A stretch of 64,000 bases of DNA from Octopus vulgaris (taxonomy: Eukaryota): assembly GCA_951406725.2 (NCBI GenBank), contig OX597832.1, positions 46,190,001 to 46,254,000 on the forward strand, in the 5' to 3' direction. A model generated the notes under the pieces. The model did not search any database. It was given only the letters and a program-made list of their open reading frames with translations, and was not told where the DNA came from. A program made the translations under genes and the position numbers. Numbering within the stretch: position 1 is the stretch's first letter; each line of letters opens with the position of its first letter. This document shows, in pieces, positions 41,185-55,344 of the stretch.

Positions 41185-41990
41185 TAAAGAAGCATTGTTT
41201 ATGGAACAAACATTAAATGGATTTACATACAACACCACCCCCCTCAAACGTTTAAGCATATACAAAAGTCACCTTGGTTCCCAGACACAAAAAATAATAC
41301 ATATATATAAAATCACAGAAAGTAAAAATATATAATCGAATAAAATACAAATAGAACGGCCTATCACAAAGTTAAATATAAACGGCTAAAAAATCCAACA
41401 TCTACCAAAAAATCTAAGAGACAAATATAAAATAAGTAAAGTTAAAAATAAAATGAAATAAAATAATTATCCACCGACTCAAAAAGTTTTATCACACGAT
41501 TAAAATATTACAAACACTTTTTTAAAATAATTTTTTAAAACATATTTGAAAAAAATATTTGAAAAAGGTCTTTTACTTCCCTCATACAAGTACGTCCAAA
41601 GTTCATAAGTAAACAGACTTCTACAGGTCAAATTCCCATATATCTTGAATAAAGTATTTTATTCCCTCCACACAAGTAGGCCTAAAGATTCAGAATGAAT
41701 AGACGTCACGGGTCAAATTCAACATGCACGTATATATCTATGGCCATTTCGGGAGCTCTCACCGCAGTTCCTTTACATTAAAGTGCAACACGGCGATGAA
41801 ACCCGTCGGAAACAGGAGACACGCACAAATCAAAACGTCCTTAAAAAATTGATCCGTGCGTGTCTCCTGTTTCCGTTTATCCTGATGATGTTTGTTCTAT
41901 AACCAATGCTTTTTTATCTTCGTCTCATTTATATTTGAGCACGTCTTTTGCAGTCCTATAAACCCTTTATTTTTCTATTAGAAGAGACAA
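41185..41990. mobile_element. Unclassified element with nested inverted repeats (PLE-like inversion or MITE)
   Basis: IR 41191-41214 vs 41886-41910; perfect 20-bp IR cggaaacaggagacacgcac 41808-41827 vs 41856-41875; internal tandem unit of about 86 bp at 41572-41722. Confidence 0.45.
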
Positions 41991-42006
41991 ATACTATTCC
42001 TTGTTT

Positions 42007-42215
<209 letters not shown>

Positions 42216-42221
42216 AATGTG

Positions 42222-42424
42222 ACCTCGTGTGTACCGTTGGTGATTTCTTTTCGTCTGTCTTCCTTCTCTGGATCTTTCCTTCTCCTATGTTTCCGACGAA
42301 GAACTCCGCTCGAAACGTTAAACCCTCCTTCTTTCCTTCTGTCCTAAGCGTCCAATAATACTATATTTGTTCCACGTCCTCGCGTTATTGTGTTTTTTTT
42401 GTGCTTTCTTGTTTGGATTAACTA
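42222..42424 (+). mobile_element. Penelope-like 3' end, family B, with hammerhead-like motif
   Basis: ccgacga-a-gaactccgctc-gaaacgtt; ends ttggattaac into (TA)n; homologous to 57216-57305 and 63855-64000 on minus. Confidence 0.7.
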
Positions 42425-42435
42425 TATATATATAT

Positions 42436-42501
42436 AGCTTCCTGATGATTTCTTTTGAATGAAACAGTTCTAGTCCTGTAGAAGCTAATTCTATAAAATA
42501 A

Positions 42502-42544
<43 letters not shown>

Positions 42545-42734
42545 TATATAGAAGGAGCTTTACAGGACTAGAACTGTTTCATTCAAGAGAAATCTTCAGG
42601 AAGCTTCCTGAAGATTTCTCTTGAATGAAACAGTTCTAGTCCTGTAGAAGCTCCTTCTATATAATAAATTAATTTTACTCTGCTATGTATTGAGTACCTT
42701 ATTTACTGTGGTTAACCCGAATCAACCCGGGACC

Positions 42735-42735
<1 letters not shown>
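42436..42735. mobile_element. Triplicated PLE-like tail forming a spacerless palindrome with hammerhead-like cores
   Basis: Copy 1 on plus 42436-42503; palindrome 42539-42669 centred on aagctt (42601-42606); each unit has ctga[t/a]ga-t-ttc..gaa-t-gaaac. Confidence 0.75.
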
Positions 42736-42783
<48 letters not shown>

Positions 42784-43348
42784 ATTATTATTATTATCGA
42801 AATATTATGTTGACAAAGGAAATGCACAATGTAGTGACACAAAACGTATACACTAACAATGGCCTCAAAACAACGAACATTCCTCCTCAGTGCATATCAA
42901 GTCTGCTGAGAGCTGGTCAAGAGCCCAGTCGTGCACACGCACAAAAACGCACACCCACGCGTGCGCGCATACACGCACGTGCGCGCGCACACACACACGC
43001 ACACACACACATACACGCATACACGCAGATGTAAAGTCAATGTTGACCGACAAACGCAGTTCATAACAAAAAGGCGACAGAAGCACAAACAGTTACGCGA
43101 TTGCAGATTGAGATCGTGAAATATTTTCTATGCTACTCATATGAGTACTGTTATCTAAAAGTTCGTCGCTACTCTTTTGAAAGTGTCTGGCCGTTTTATC
43201 AACTAGGTTAGCTATTAAAAACCTGTAATGTATTTCATAGACAGAAAAAAATAAATCTTTCAAATAAGAAAAATGAAATAAAACAAAACAAAAGAGAAAA
43301 CATAAATAAAACAGATACACGCACACAAACACACATACATACATATAT

Positions 43349-43434
<86 letters not shown>

Positions 43435-43516
43435 TTGCTTCCTTGATACATTTCTCGACAGCCAGATATACTTTTATTTCTTAATAGCATTTTGCATTAA
43501 TGCAATGTCAATAAGA

Positions 43517-43565
<49 letters not shown>

Positions 43566-43860
43566 CTTATATAGTATAGTAAGGCTAAAGAAAATTATTT
43601 CAAAGCGAATATGCTGATAACAGAATTTTAAGAATTCTAATGGCCAGCTTGTCCGACGTCATTTCTTCGATTTTTGCTGTAGTGAGTAGATTATATGTGG
43701 AAATTGACGATTTAATAGTCTGTTATCAGTATATTGGCTTTGAATTAATTTTCTTTAGCCCTTACTTATAAGTTGTTTATAATTTTAACCGTAGAGGTAT
43801 TTTAATATGCTGCCACATTTCTTGATGGCAGCATCTTACGATATATTTCGATTTACAAGA

Positions 43861-43920
<60 letters not shown>

Positions 43921-44165
43921 ATATATATATATATATTATATATATAGTAAATCGAAATATATCGTAAAAATCTGACAGATCGATTCACATTGTATAGGTG
44001 TTATTATTTTTGTCATTTTACTCTCGTTACCTTTTTGTCCTAGCACGTATTGTGTGGAAATGAAGCATAAAGTTTTGATTTTGTCTTGTTACAACCATAT
44101 ACTTTTAATATAATATATAAGGCGGCCTTGTGCCTAGTGCAGAAAAGCACATTATATATATATAC

Positions 44166-44212
<47 letters not shown>

Positions 44213-44254
44213 TACAAGGCAGCGTGCTGGCTGAAGCTTTAGGGCATTACTTGT

Positions 44255-44385
44255 ACACCTGCACGACGCACAACAACATAAAATGAAGCATTTGCTTAAG
44301 AACAGAACGCAACGCCCCGTCTAGGAATCGAAATCATGATCTCACAGTCATAAGTGCAACACCGTTACAACTCAGCCAATCGCTT
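44255..44385 (-). mobile_element. Old tRNA-like SINE fragment (family 4)
   Basis: Minus-strand gatttcgattcctagacggggcgttgcgttctgttcttaagcaa resembles the head of 63560-63828. Confidence 0.5.
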
Positions 44386-44508
44386 TTACACACGCGCACA
44401 TTCATAAATACACATGGGACATACAAGCATACTCATACACATATAAATAAATATATATATATACACATATACACAAGCACATATATATATATACATACAT
44501 ATACATAC

Positions 44509-44673
44509 ATACTTAATAATTAGGGTTCAGCAAAGATTTGCTTTACCACATACCGAAGTTTAGAAATAGCAGCCAAAAAACCTTAGCTATTTCTTCTAAG
44601 GTTTTTTGGCTGCTATTTCTAAACTTCGGTATGTGGTAAAGCAAATCTTTGCTGAACCCTAATTATTAAGTAT
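44509..44673. repeat. Perfect inverted repeat, 78-bp arms, 9-bp spacer
   Basis: 44509-44586 is the exact reverse complement of 44596-44673. Confidence 0.95.
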
Positions 44674-44777
44674 TACTTAAGTTTACCGTGAAATGGTCCA
44701 TTTTTCATACCGAATTCTACTTGGTGAAATTATTGATTAATTCTTAATTAATTAATTTTACCCTTTGTTATTATATA

Positions 44778-45150
44778 TCTCTCTATATATAAACGGCAGT
44801 TTGTCTGTGCGTGTTTCTGTGTGTCTGTTTGCTTGTACCCTCACCCTCACCACGGCTTTCAACCGATTCTGATGAAACTTGACACACACATAGCCCAATG
44901 TCATAATTCAAAACTAACGCAGCCAAAATTTTGAAAAGTTCCCCCAGTTCTGAAAAAATCGATAAATTCGACATGGGGTCGAGAATCAGAAACACGAACC
45001 ACAAACTGTCTAGGGGACGCAACTCCATCCTTTTTTAACTCTCAAAAAAAAATTTACCATATTTTTTTCCATTTTTTGGCTATAACTCTCTAAAAATGCT
45101 TTATAGTTTTTTCCCTTACAAACCTGAGCAACGCCGGGTGATACTGCTAG
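44778..45150 (+). mobile_element. Non-autonomous Helitron
   Basis: A|TC start (tctctctatatataaac), subterminal cctgagcaacgccggg, gatactgCTAG|T end. Confidence 0.8.
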
Positions 45151-45472
45151 TACATATATATAACATGCATCTCCATACTTGCCATGTATCAGAGTTTACT
45201 CTCTAGCTACTAATTAATCACCGGCCGCTGCACAATATGCTTGCCTGTTCTTTACATTCAGCGAATCAGAATCGAACGTATATCCACACACTTGCGATGC
45301 GAACATTTTTTTAAGATACGGATATATCATTTGTCCAATCTCTATTTGCTTGTGCTTGGATCGTGGTTGTTCTCATGTACAGTTCGATGTATCGTAGTTG
45401 TGAATGGAGAAAAATATTGTAGATAAATTGGCTTGGGTAATTTCAAGCTGTCCAAAGCAAGTCAAAATGAAT

Positions 45473-45710
45473 TACTCTTTTACATGTTTCAGTCATTTGA
45501 CCACTGACCATGCTGGAGCACCACCTTCAGTCGAGCAAATCGACCCCAGGACTTATTTTTTGTAAGCCTAGTATTTATTCTATCGGTCTCTTTTGCCGAA
45601 CCGCTAAGTTACGAGGACGTAAACACACCAGCATCAATTGTCAAGCGATGTTGGAGGGACAACACAGACACACAAACATGCATATATACACACACACATA
45701 TATATATATG

Positions 45711-45745
<35 letters not shown>

Positions 45746-45935
45746 AAACATACATATATATATATATACATATATACGACGGGCTTCTTTCAGTTTTCGT
45801 CTACCAAATCCACTCACAAGGCTTTGGTCGGCCCGAGGCTATAATAGAAGACACTTGCCCAAGGTGCCACACAGTGGGACTGAACCCGGAACCATGTGGT
45901 TCGTAAGCAAGCTACTTTCCCCAGAGCCACTCCAA
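45473..45935 (-). mobile_element. Family 2 SINE
   Basis: Colinear with 39226-39625; expanded internal microsatellite. Confidence 0.9.
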
Positions 45936-46976
45936 CTCCTATACTTACCACATAGCCACTTATATGTCTATATATATATATATATATATTAGTTATAATC
46001 TATTCGTAAATGTTCACCGTTGTCTCAGGTGTATATTTTATATTATACAACTATATTCTACGCTGGGTCATATTTTAACTAACATATTGTTTATTGCATC
46101 TGACATAGAAAACCAAAGCGACATGAAATGTCTATTCAATAAAAATTATTTTATTCTGAAGAGAATCATACAATATATGTCGGAAGGTAAAATGAAAATA
46201 CACAGACGCACACACACACACAAACAAACACACAACCATGTATGCATACAATGCACGCACACACATACACACGAGCTATTAACCTATCGAACGTACCTCT
46301 AGCTTTCATCTTAGTGTTATCAAAAATAACTAACAAGCTCGTTGCATAGTTATCTAAATAGTATCGACCGGGGAAAAAGTATGCTTTTATATTCGTTTTT
46401 ACAAAATACTAACCGAAAAGGAACCTGATCAAGATTTGTCTGAAAGGAATGTCTACACGTGAGAATCAATAAATTCATATTTTTATCTACAATTCTAAAT
46501 TAATAAATAGTGCGACAAACAAACCTGTGATGTGTTTTTATTGCACATTCGCCATTACATACGAATATTTAATAGATTTCGATTTAAAATAAATTGATGG
46601 AGACGGAGTTGCATTTAGTTGGAAATAGACAGCTGCCGTTATTAGCAAACATAAAAGGGCAATTTGATTGAGTTGACACGAAACGAAACAAAAAAAGAAA
46701 AACGGATACATATATGCGCATATGTGTAGTTACGAATCCTTTTGGATAAATTAAGCAATGGCGTCGATATAGGATTTATTGCAATTATATGTGCGTGTCG
46801 GTATTAATATATACGAAACGTTTCCAGTCATGTACTGGCTATAATATTCAACAAGGGAGCTCGCGCCGTTGTCATTGAAACTTTCATGGTTTTCTGTTAT
46901 ATCGTAGTGATCAATAATAATATAGTTGTTTAAACGAAGCTGTTTTACCATGTCCCGAAAGTCATAATATATTCTC

Positions 46977-47042
<66 letters not shown>

Positions 47043-47045
<3 letters not shown>

Positions 47046-47347
47046 AGGCGCACTGGCCAAGTGGGTAGGGCAGTGGACACGCGGTCGTAGGATCGCGGTT
47101 TCGATTCCCAGGGCGTTGTGAGTGTTTATTGAGCGAAAACACCTAAAGCTCTACGAGACTCCGGCAGGGGGGTGGTGGCGATCCCTGCTGTACTCTTTCG
47201 GCACAACTTCCTCTCACTCTTTCTTCTTTTGGCCTGCTCGCTTAGCCAGCGGGGTGGCGTCATTTGAAGGCTAAAACAATGCGAAGCGCATTGTGACCAG
47301 CGATGTGTAGCAACATCTGATAGCCTGGTCGGTCACGGTGACGGTGA
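47043..47347 (+). mobile_element. Family 1 SINE, tail type B
   Basis: Head tggaggcgcactggccaagtgggtagggcag; tail gatagcctggtcggtcacggtgacggtga. Confidence 0.9.
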
Positions 47348-49135
47348 GATATATATACAAATGGTAGTAAAACTCAAAAGGGGTAAAAGTAATTGTGAGC
47401 TCAAAGTAGAGAAAGGAAGAAAGTGAGTGAGTGCATAAAACATAAGAGAAAAACGAAGAGAAACAATCATTATTCAAAGTAAGAATAGATATATTTGAAA
47501 AATAATATTTTTGTATGTAAAGTGGGTGGGTGTGTATGTATGTATGCATAAATGCAGCCTCCTCAACCCAAAAAGGATTAAAAAAGAAGAAGGTGGGCAA
47601 CAATAGTTGCCCGCCTAAGGCGGGGAGGTGGAAAAGTTTAGACGAACATAAAGAGACAGTAGATATGCCCTTCACACGGGATCCCGAATGGCCTCCGCAG
47701 TTAGCTCTGGAGGTCATAAGGTTTCCCTTGTGGGAAAGGCTCAAAGGATTTGGGAGAAGAGTGTCGCATATGCCCGGGTGGCCCTTACACGACTTACCTG
47801 TCCTACATGAGTGAGGCATGGGAAATGGCGGGATACAGGAACTCAAGCGGCATTGAAGATAATGATGGATATATTAATGGATATATCGATGATTAGGAGG
47901 TGAAAAAGCCTTGTTAGATGGTTTGAAACCTCAGCTTATTGTATTATTTGTAGTGGTTTATAACCTCAATTGTGTTATAAACCACTATTCTTTTATATAT
48001 TTCATTAATGCTTTATCCTATTATAAGATCGTAGGGAGTTGAAATATCTACTATTTACTAGTCCATGCTATTCAGGCCTTATGTTATGCATTTTGACACA
48101 GAGCTTGTGTGTGTTTTCATAAAATTTATAAATTTTAATAAACATGCATTATAACTGATTAATTTTACACTTCATTTCTTAATAGTGGTAATTTTTTCAC
48201 TATACATCTTATATCGTACATCTGGCTGAAATGTTTATTTAGTTTATCTAACTCTGAAAATACTTTACGGAGATGTACTTGCATAGCGAGTGACTTGATC
48301 TGAGACTGCGTGCTGGAACTAAAACAATTGGCGCGTGGAAGGCGTTTATAAGTACTGCATCACTTCGTGCTACTTTGTGATGCAGCACGAAGTTTTGTCA
48401 GTGAACAGGTCGCGGTCTCAAAGCGACGAAAATATTTTGACAAATTAAATTTAAATGTTGAAGTGAATCTAATGGTTTTTGTGTGTTTCTGAAAATACTT
48501 TACTTATTTGAGAAATGGTTTCTGCATTTATTTCCTAGCGTACAATAAATTCCTTTTCTGCTACACATTGCAAAGATGCTTCATCTTATAATTCATAATA
48601 TTATTTATCAAATTCATCAAGTGATATGAACAGTGCTTTGAATTATGTATGTTTATAAACAACAGATAATTGACGGTTATTGAAAAGCCCTAACGAGTAT
48701 AACTTATACAATATATTTGACGTGATGGTAATAGGTTTTATATGGGAAACTGAATCATCGTGGTGGATTAATTTAGCTAATGAAACACATGGATACAAGC
48801 GTATACACACACATTTTACATACATATGTGTGTGTATACACACACATACACATATATAAGCAATTTATACGTTTATATTTTTAATAAAGCGTATGATCAG
48901 ATTAACTATTCATAACTTGCAAGAAATCTAATTAGTTGTATATAGGAGAAACGACAATCCTGTGAAAATTTGTTATCGGCTTCTCCAGCAAATCCCATTT
49001 TCAATGTATTGAGTGTATATCTCTCACTGTTTGAAACCTGTGTTGGTTTGTTTAACTCTTCGTAACTGAGCGGTTTCGGCAAAATACCACACAGCCACTC
49101 CTACGTTGTGAAGAAAAAAAATCCAATGTGGAGAG

Positions 49136-49560
49136 GTAGGAGTGGCTGTGTGGTAAGTAGCTTGCTAACAAACCACATGGTTCCGGGTTCAGTCCCACTG
49201 CGTGGCATCTTGGGCAAGTGTCTTCTGCTATAGCCCCGGTCCGACCAATGCCTTGTGAGTGGATTTGGTAGACGGAAACTGAAAGAAGCCTGTCGTATAT
49301 ATGTATGTATATATATATATATATGTATGTGTCTGTGTGTTTGTGTGTCTGTGTTTATCCCCCTAGCATTGCTTGACAACCGATGTTGGTGTGTTTACGT
49401 CCCCGTCACTTAGTGGTTCGGCAAAAGAGACCGATAGAATAAGTACTGGGCTTACAAAAGAATAAGTCCTAGGGTCAATTTGCTCGACTAAAAGGCGGTG
49501 CTCCAGCATGGCCGCAGTCAAATGATTGAAACAATTAAAAGAGTAAAATAGTAAAAGAGT
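49136..49560 (+). mobile_element. Family 2 SINE, full length
   Basis: Head ggagtggctgtgtggtaagtagc; tail ggcggtgctccagcatggccgcag...(gtaaaaga)n. Confidence 0.9.
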
Positions 49561-49876
49561 AGAAGCTGCCTTTCAGAAAATTTGTTGAAAGCCGGTTGAA
49601 AGTGCCGAGTATAAAATAAAAGGACTTCTTCCACTACAAGCATGGTCCTGTAGCTAAGGGAGTGAGAACGGGAAGAAGGCGCTTAACCTAAGTTGTCAGG
49701 GTGACCTTGGTTTTGCGGGATTTCCACTATTAGCAATGGGAAGCGTCATCACTTTGAATTGTTTTGTACGAGGTGGCTATTGTTCGGTGTTCATTACAGG
49801 TTTTGTTTTTATGCAATGCCACACTCCATCGTCCATTACCAGTCCTCGTATTTCTATCTTTGTGCGTAATAGAGCT

Positions 49877-49991
49877 AAGAAGAAGAAGAGGGAGAAGAAG
49901 AAGAAGAACAACAACAACAACAATAACAGCAAGAAGGAGAAGCAGAAGAAGAAGAAGAAGAAGGAGGAGGAGGAGGAGGAGGAGAAGGATG

Positions 49992-50083
<92 letters not shown>

Positions 50084-50458
50084 AAGACGAACAAGAACAA
50101 GGAGAAGAAGAAGAAGAAGAAGAAGAAGGAGGAGGAGGGGGAGACGGAGGAGGAGGAGAAAAAGAAGAAGAAGAAGAAGAAGGAGGATGAGGAGGGGGAG
50201 ACGGAGGAGGAGGAGAAGAAGGAGAAGAAGAAGAACAAGAACAAGAACAAGAAGAACAAGAAGAAGGAGAAGAAGGAGAAAAAGAAGAAGAAGGAGGAGG
50301 AGGAGGAGGAGGAGGAGAAGAAGGAGGAGAAGAAAAAGAAGAAAAAGAAGAAGAAGAAGAAGAAGAAAGAAGAAGAAAAAGAAGAAGGAGAAGAAAAAGA
50401 AGAAGGAGAAGAAAAAGAAGAAGCAGAAGAAGAAGAGCAAGAAGAAGAAGTAGAAGAA
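49877..50458. repeat. Compound purine-rich trinucleotide array (AAG/GAG/AAC/AAT)
   Basis: Directly visible; produces several stop-free pseudo-ORFs on both strands. Confidence 0.95.
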
Positions 50459-50834
50459 TGGCAGCTGCAGTACTACAGCATTAGTAGTTGTAGTAGATTC
50501 ATTAATATTTAAATTATTTTTTCTTTGTTAGTTTTGTTTTTAAATGGATAATATTCACATTATTACTACCATTATCAACTCGTAAACGACTGCAACCAGC
50601 ATCGACGCCATTGAATATTTTAATAACCAGGCTCATCGGTGCATGAAAGAAAACATCCAATTATCATAATACACTGCTGAAGCTAATTAAAAGTATGCCG
50701 TCTTCTCGTTATCGATATTTTATCCCTGATACACTTTTTTTCCCCTTCATTTATGGATCCATTTCCCATCTATAAAAATGTCCGGTCGCAATTATTATAC
50801 ACTTCGATGTTTTATTGCCTGATTTTATATGTAT

Positions 50835-50900
<66 letters not shown>

Positions 50901-52709
50901 GTATGTATGCGTGTAAGGGTATTTTTCTCTGTGTTTCTTATGGGTTTTTTTTACTTTTATTTCTATCATTCATTTGTTTTGTTTTATTTTGCATATTTTC
51001 TTTGTTTCATTTATTTTGGCTGAATTTTAGATGATCTGGGCTTTATTTTTTTTTACATCTATAGCGTATGAGCCTTTAATTTAGACGTGTTGCATACATC
51101 TGAAATGAGAGGCAGCTGGCTCAGTCATCAATTTTTCCAGGTTACTATTGAAACAGTAGGTGGCTCTCTAAATACTAGAAAAATAGTCGTTTGCTTTTTA
51201 AACAATCGTTTCCACGGTAGGCCCTCTAAGTTTCATAGCGAAATGAGCCATACTATTGAAACCAGGAAATAACTGGTACTTTATCTTATAAAATCTAACA
51301 AGTTCTACGGTAAAGCTCAACTCAGCGGGATTTGAACTCTGCGATCTCTCCCTCGCCTATGAAGGCTAGATCCTCAGTACAGCCTGTCAAATTTTGATAT
51401 GTTGAAAATGTGTTTCCACTACACGCCGCATATTGATCTCTACATCATATATTTGCGCTGTTTAATGTTTTTAGAACATTTATAGCTCGTAATATATGAT
51501 ACATATACACACACGGACACAGACGTGTCGCACACGCACATACACACACACACTTACACATATACATATATTTATATGTACAAATACATATGTATATACA
51601 TGTATATTTTCGCGTTTCTGTGAAAATTCTATTAGTAGAACTTTGTGGAAGATAAAAACTAAACATCAATAAAAGGAAGTGTGAATTTTGGCTGATTTAG
51701 TGATTTTGTTATTGGTTTTAGCTGCGGTATTTTAAAGAAATTGTGTGACATCATAGACAGAGAGAAACATGCAACATGGCGATAAAATAGCATATAATTT
51801 ATTTCTATGTCGACAGCAAAGTTTCGTTTCTAGAGTAATTTTCTGTTGCTATAACGACCACGTAACTATGCTTGCATTTGTTTTCATTTTTGGGGGGGCC
51901 ACCCGAGAATCGTTTACGTCATTTTAATATATGATGCTTTAAATATCTTTTGTTACTTTACGTGAGCAAAAGTGCAAAGGCCGCAGTGTACTTTTATCTA
52001 TGACAGATAACTGGAAACGCTATTTTCAGTTTTACTATGGAAAGATCAAATCCTGTCACAAATGCATTGTCATTTATAAAAATACTATTACGAGAAAAAT
52101 GTTACTTATTTTTTAGATTTCATAATAATATCCAGTAAGACATCTATAGAAATTCTGAAAGGCGATCCGTAATCATTGATGAAGATGCAAGGATAAAAGA
52201 ATAGATAAAACCGAACTAAGGATTAAATTAAATTAAGATCAATCTGTAAGAAAATTACAATCGCAAATATATACCGAACTAAAGCTATATAAATCCGTTT
52301 AAAATGGTTTATCTTTAGGCTATTAAACTTTGCCCAACCTATTTCATAAGAATGTTTCTAGCATTTTTTTCTTCAATTTATATTGTGTGATTTCACTGAT
52401 TCTAGCAAAGAAGTAAGATGATCTGATTTCCTTATATAATTTAGAAAATATATTTTCTTCAAACACATCATTTTTTTTAGAAATCAATGTGTGATATGTT
52501 GGATTTTTGCAATTAACTATCTCATGATAATACAGAAGAAAAGTACTTTATAATTATAGGAAATGAGTACACCGAGTGCAGCGTTCCTGTAAATACAATC
52601 AAACTGTATATTTTACTTATAAACTCGAACATCTTTGTGTATGGTTACATTAGTTTAAACAAACAATATTACAGTAAATTTTATGTAGATCAATTTACAT
52701 TCAAATATG

Positions 52710-53105
<396 letters not shown>

Positions 53106-53109
53106 TATA

Positions 53110-53151
<42 letters not shown>

Positions 53152-53179
53152 TGTATGTGTGCATATATGTGTGTTTGTG

Positions 53180-53229
<50 letters not shown>

Positions 53230-53271
53230 CACACAGACTCAAGAACACATGATGAATGTATATCACTATAT

Positions 53272-53309
<38 letters not shown>

Positions 53310-53424
53310 AGAGACAGAAAGACAAAGACAGAGAGAGAGAGAGAGAAACAGAGGGAGGCAGGTAGGGAGAGAGATAAACAGATAGACAGGTACAGCTAGG
53401 TGTACACATATGTGTATGTATATA

Positions 53425-53462
<38 letters not shown>

Positions 53463-53488
53463 TGTGTGTGTGTTTGTATATATATGTG

Positions 53489-53545
<57 letters not shown>

Positions 53546-54004
53546 GTATATATATATACATATGTATGTATATATATATATGTATGTATGTATATATGTA
53601 CATATATATGTATGTATGAGAGAAAAATATTTAGCTCATCCAAATGCACAACCAAAAGAGCTGTTAATAGTTTGATACTAAAATGATACTTGACAGGTAC
53701 ATTTATATAATACTCAATTTATCTTAAAGCCATGTTTATGATACATGGCGTATTTCATAAGTAAACCTGTTCATGAAAAAAATTAGTAGCTCTTTTAGTT
53801 GTGTATTAAAATTGCTATAAAAGTTATCTATTCTTGAGGGGGTATAGAAAATTGGAGAAATAAGAAATATATAGTTTCAACTGTGAATCTTCAAGCACGT
53901 AAATCTATATGTAAAAGCTTGTAGAATATTGAGCTAAGTAAGTACTTGTAATCATTCTATTACTTTTTAATGCAATAGTTTTTTCAGCCCAATATTCTGC
54001 ATGC

Positions 54005-54060
<56 letters not shown>

Positions 54061-54302
54061 CTTGTGTGTGCGTGTGTGTGTGTGAGGGAGAGAGAGATAG
54101 TAAGGTCGAGATAGATATATACATGCTATCATATATATATATTTGTGTGTGTGTATGTGAGGGAGAGAGAGATACTAAGGTCGAGATAGATATATACATA
54201 CATATATACATATACGTTTAATATATATGTATATATATATACACAGACACACACACATTTAAACATACATATGTACATACATATATATTTATATTTATTG
54301 TG

Positions 54303-54379
<77 letters not shown>

Positions 54380-55344
54380 AACTTAACATTGCTAAAATAC
54401 GTTTGCAACATATTTCAACATCTACAGGGAAATCCACTGCAGTCATAGTGGAAAAAAAAAACTAAATTGCACAAAATTTATTGTTAAAAGTTTATGGTAG
54501 TCTCTTGTAATCTGAGAAACACTTTTCTGCTATTTCTTGCAGCACAACTTTCGTAATGATGTATTTATAGTGATTAAATGTGTGTGCCGCACATTAACTC
54601 CCTACATCATTTCGGCGTTGCCTCAACAGGTGCGCGGTACACAACATATTAGGTGCACAAGTAATTACGGAACAATGTGTGGTGAAATGTTTTGATAATG
54701 AACACAACATACCACTCAGTTCAGTACTTGAAATCGCGATCTGGCAATCATGATTTGAACAACCCAACCACTAGACCCTGCACTCCTAAATTCAACAACG
54801 AATTGAAATTATGTTCTCCGGAATCGAAGTCCAACAACCACTGCATTTGCTTGTTCAAAATTGTTACCAGTACCCAAGTTTGGTCAAAAAATTTACAAAC
54901 AGAAGTGAAAAATTGGCAAATTTTTATAAACAATATAGCTATTTCCATTTCTTGGTGTTGGGAGAGAAATGCAACTAACAGTGAATAAAGTGAAAGCTAG
55001 AAGAATTGTTGGTAGAGCATTTGAGCCAACCTTTCTGAAATTGTTACATATTTTGTAAGTAATTACAACGCTGTTTCAATAGTCTCAGAGGAGTCTAAAT
55101 TACCTTACCATAGTAAACAGTTATAAAACTCGTATTATTTAACTGAATGTGAAACAAAGATATATTTAGCGAATAAACATAGACAGGCAAACGTTTCCCT
55201 AAAGCGATGAAGTCAATTGAGTAGCACTAACATATTAGACTATGATTAATATGATGTTCGTATGTTCTAGTATTGAAATTATGTTCTAGTACTGAAAGTA
55301 TATTCTAGTATTGAAATTAGTTTCGAAGTAAAGATTTAAGAGGA

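Noticed and set aside
49730-50512. Long K/E/N/R-rich ORFs (up to 258 aa)
   Set aside because: A trinucleotide array open in several frames on both strands; no domain or splice support
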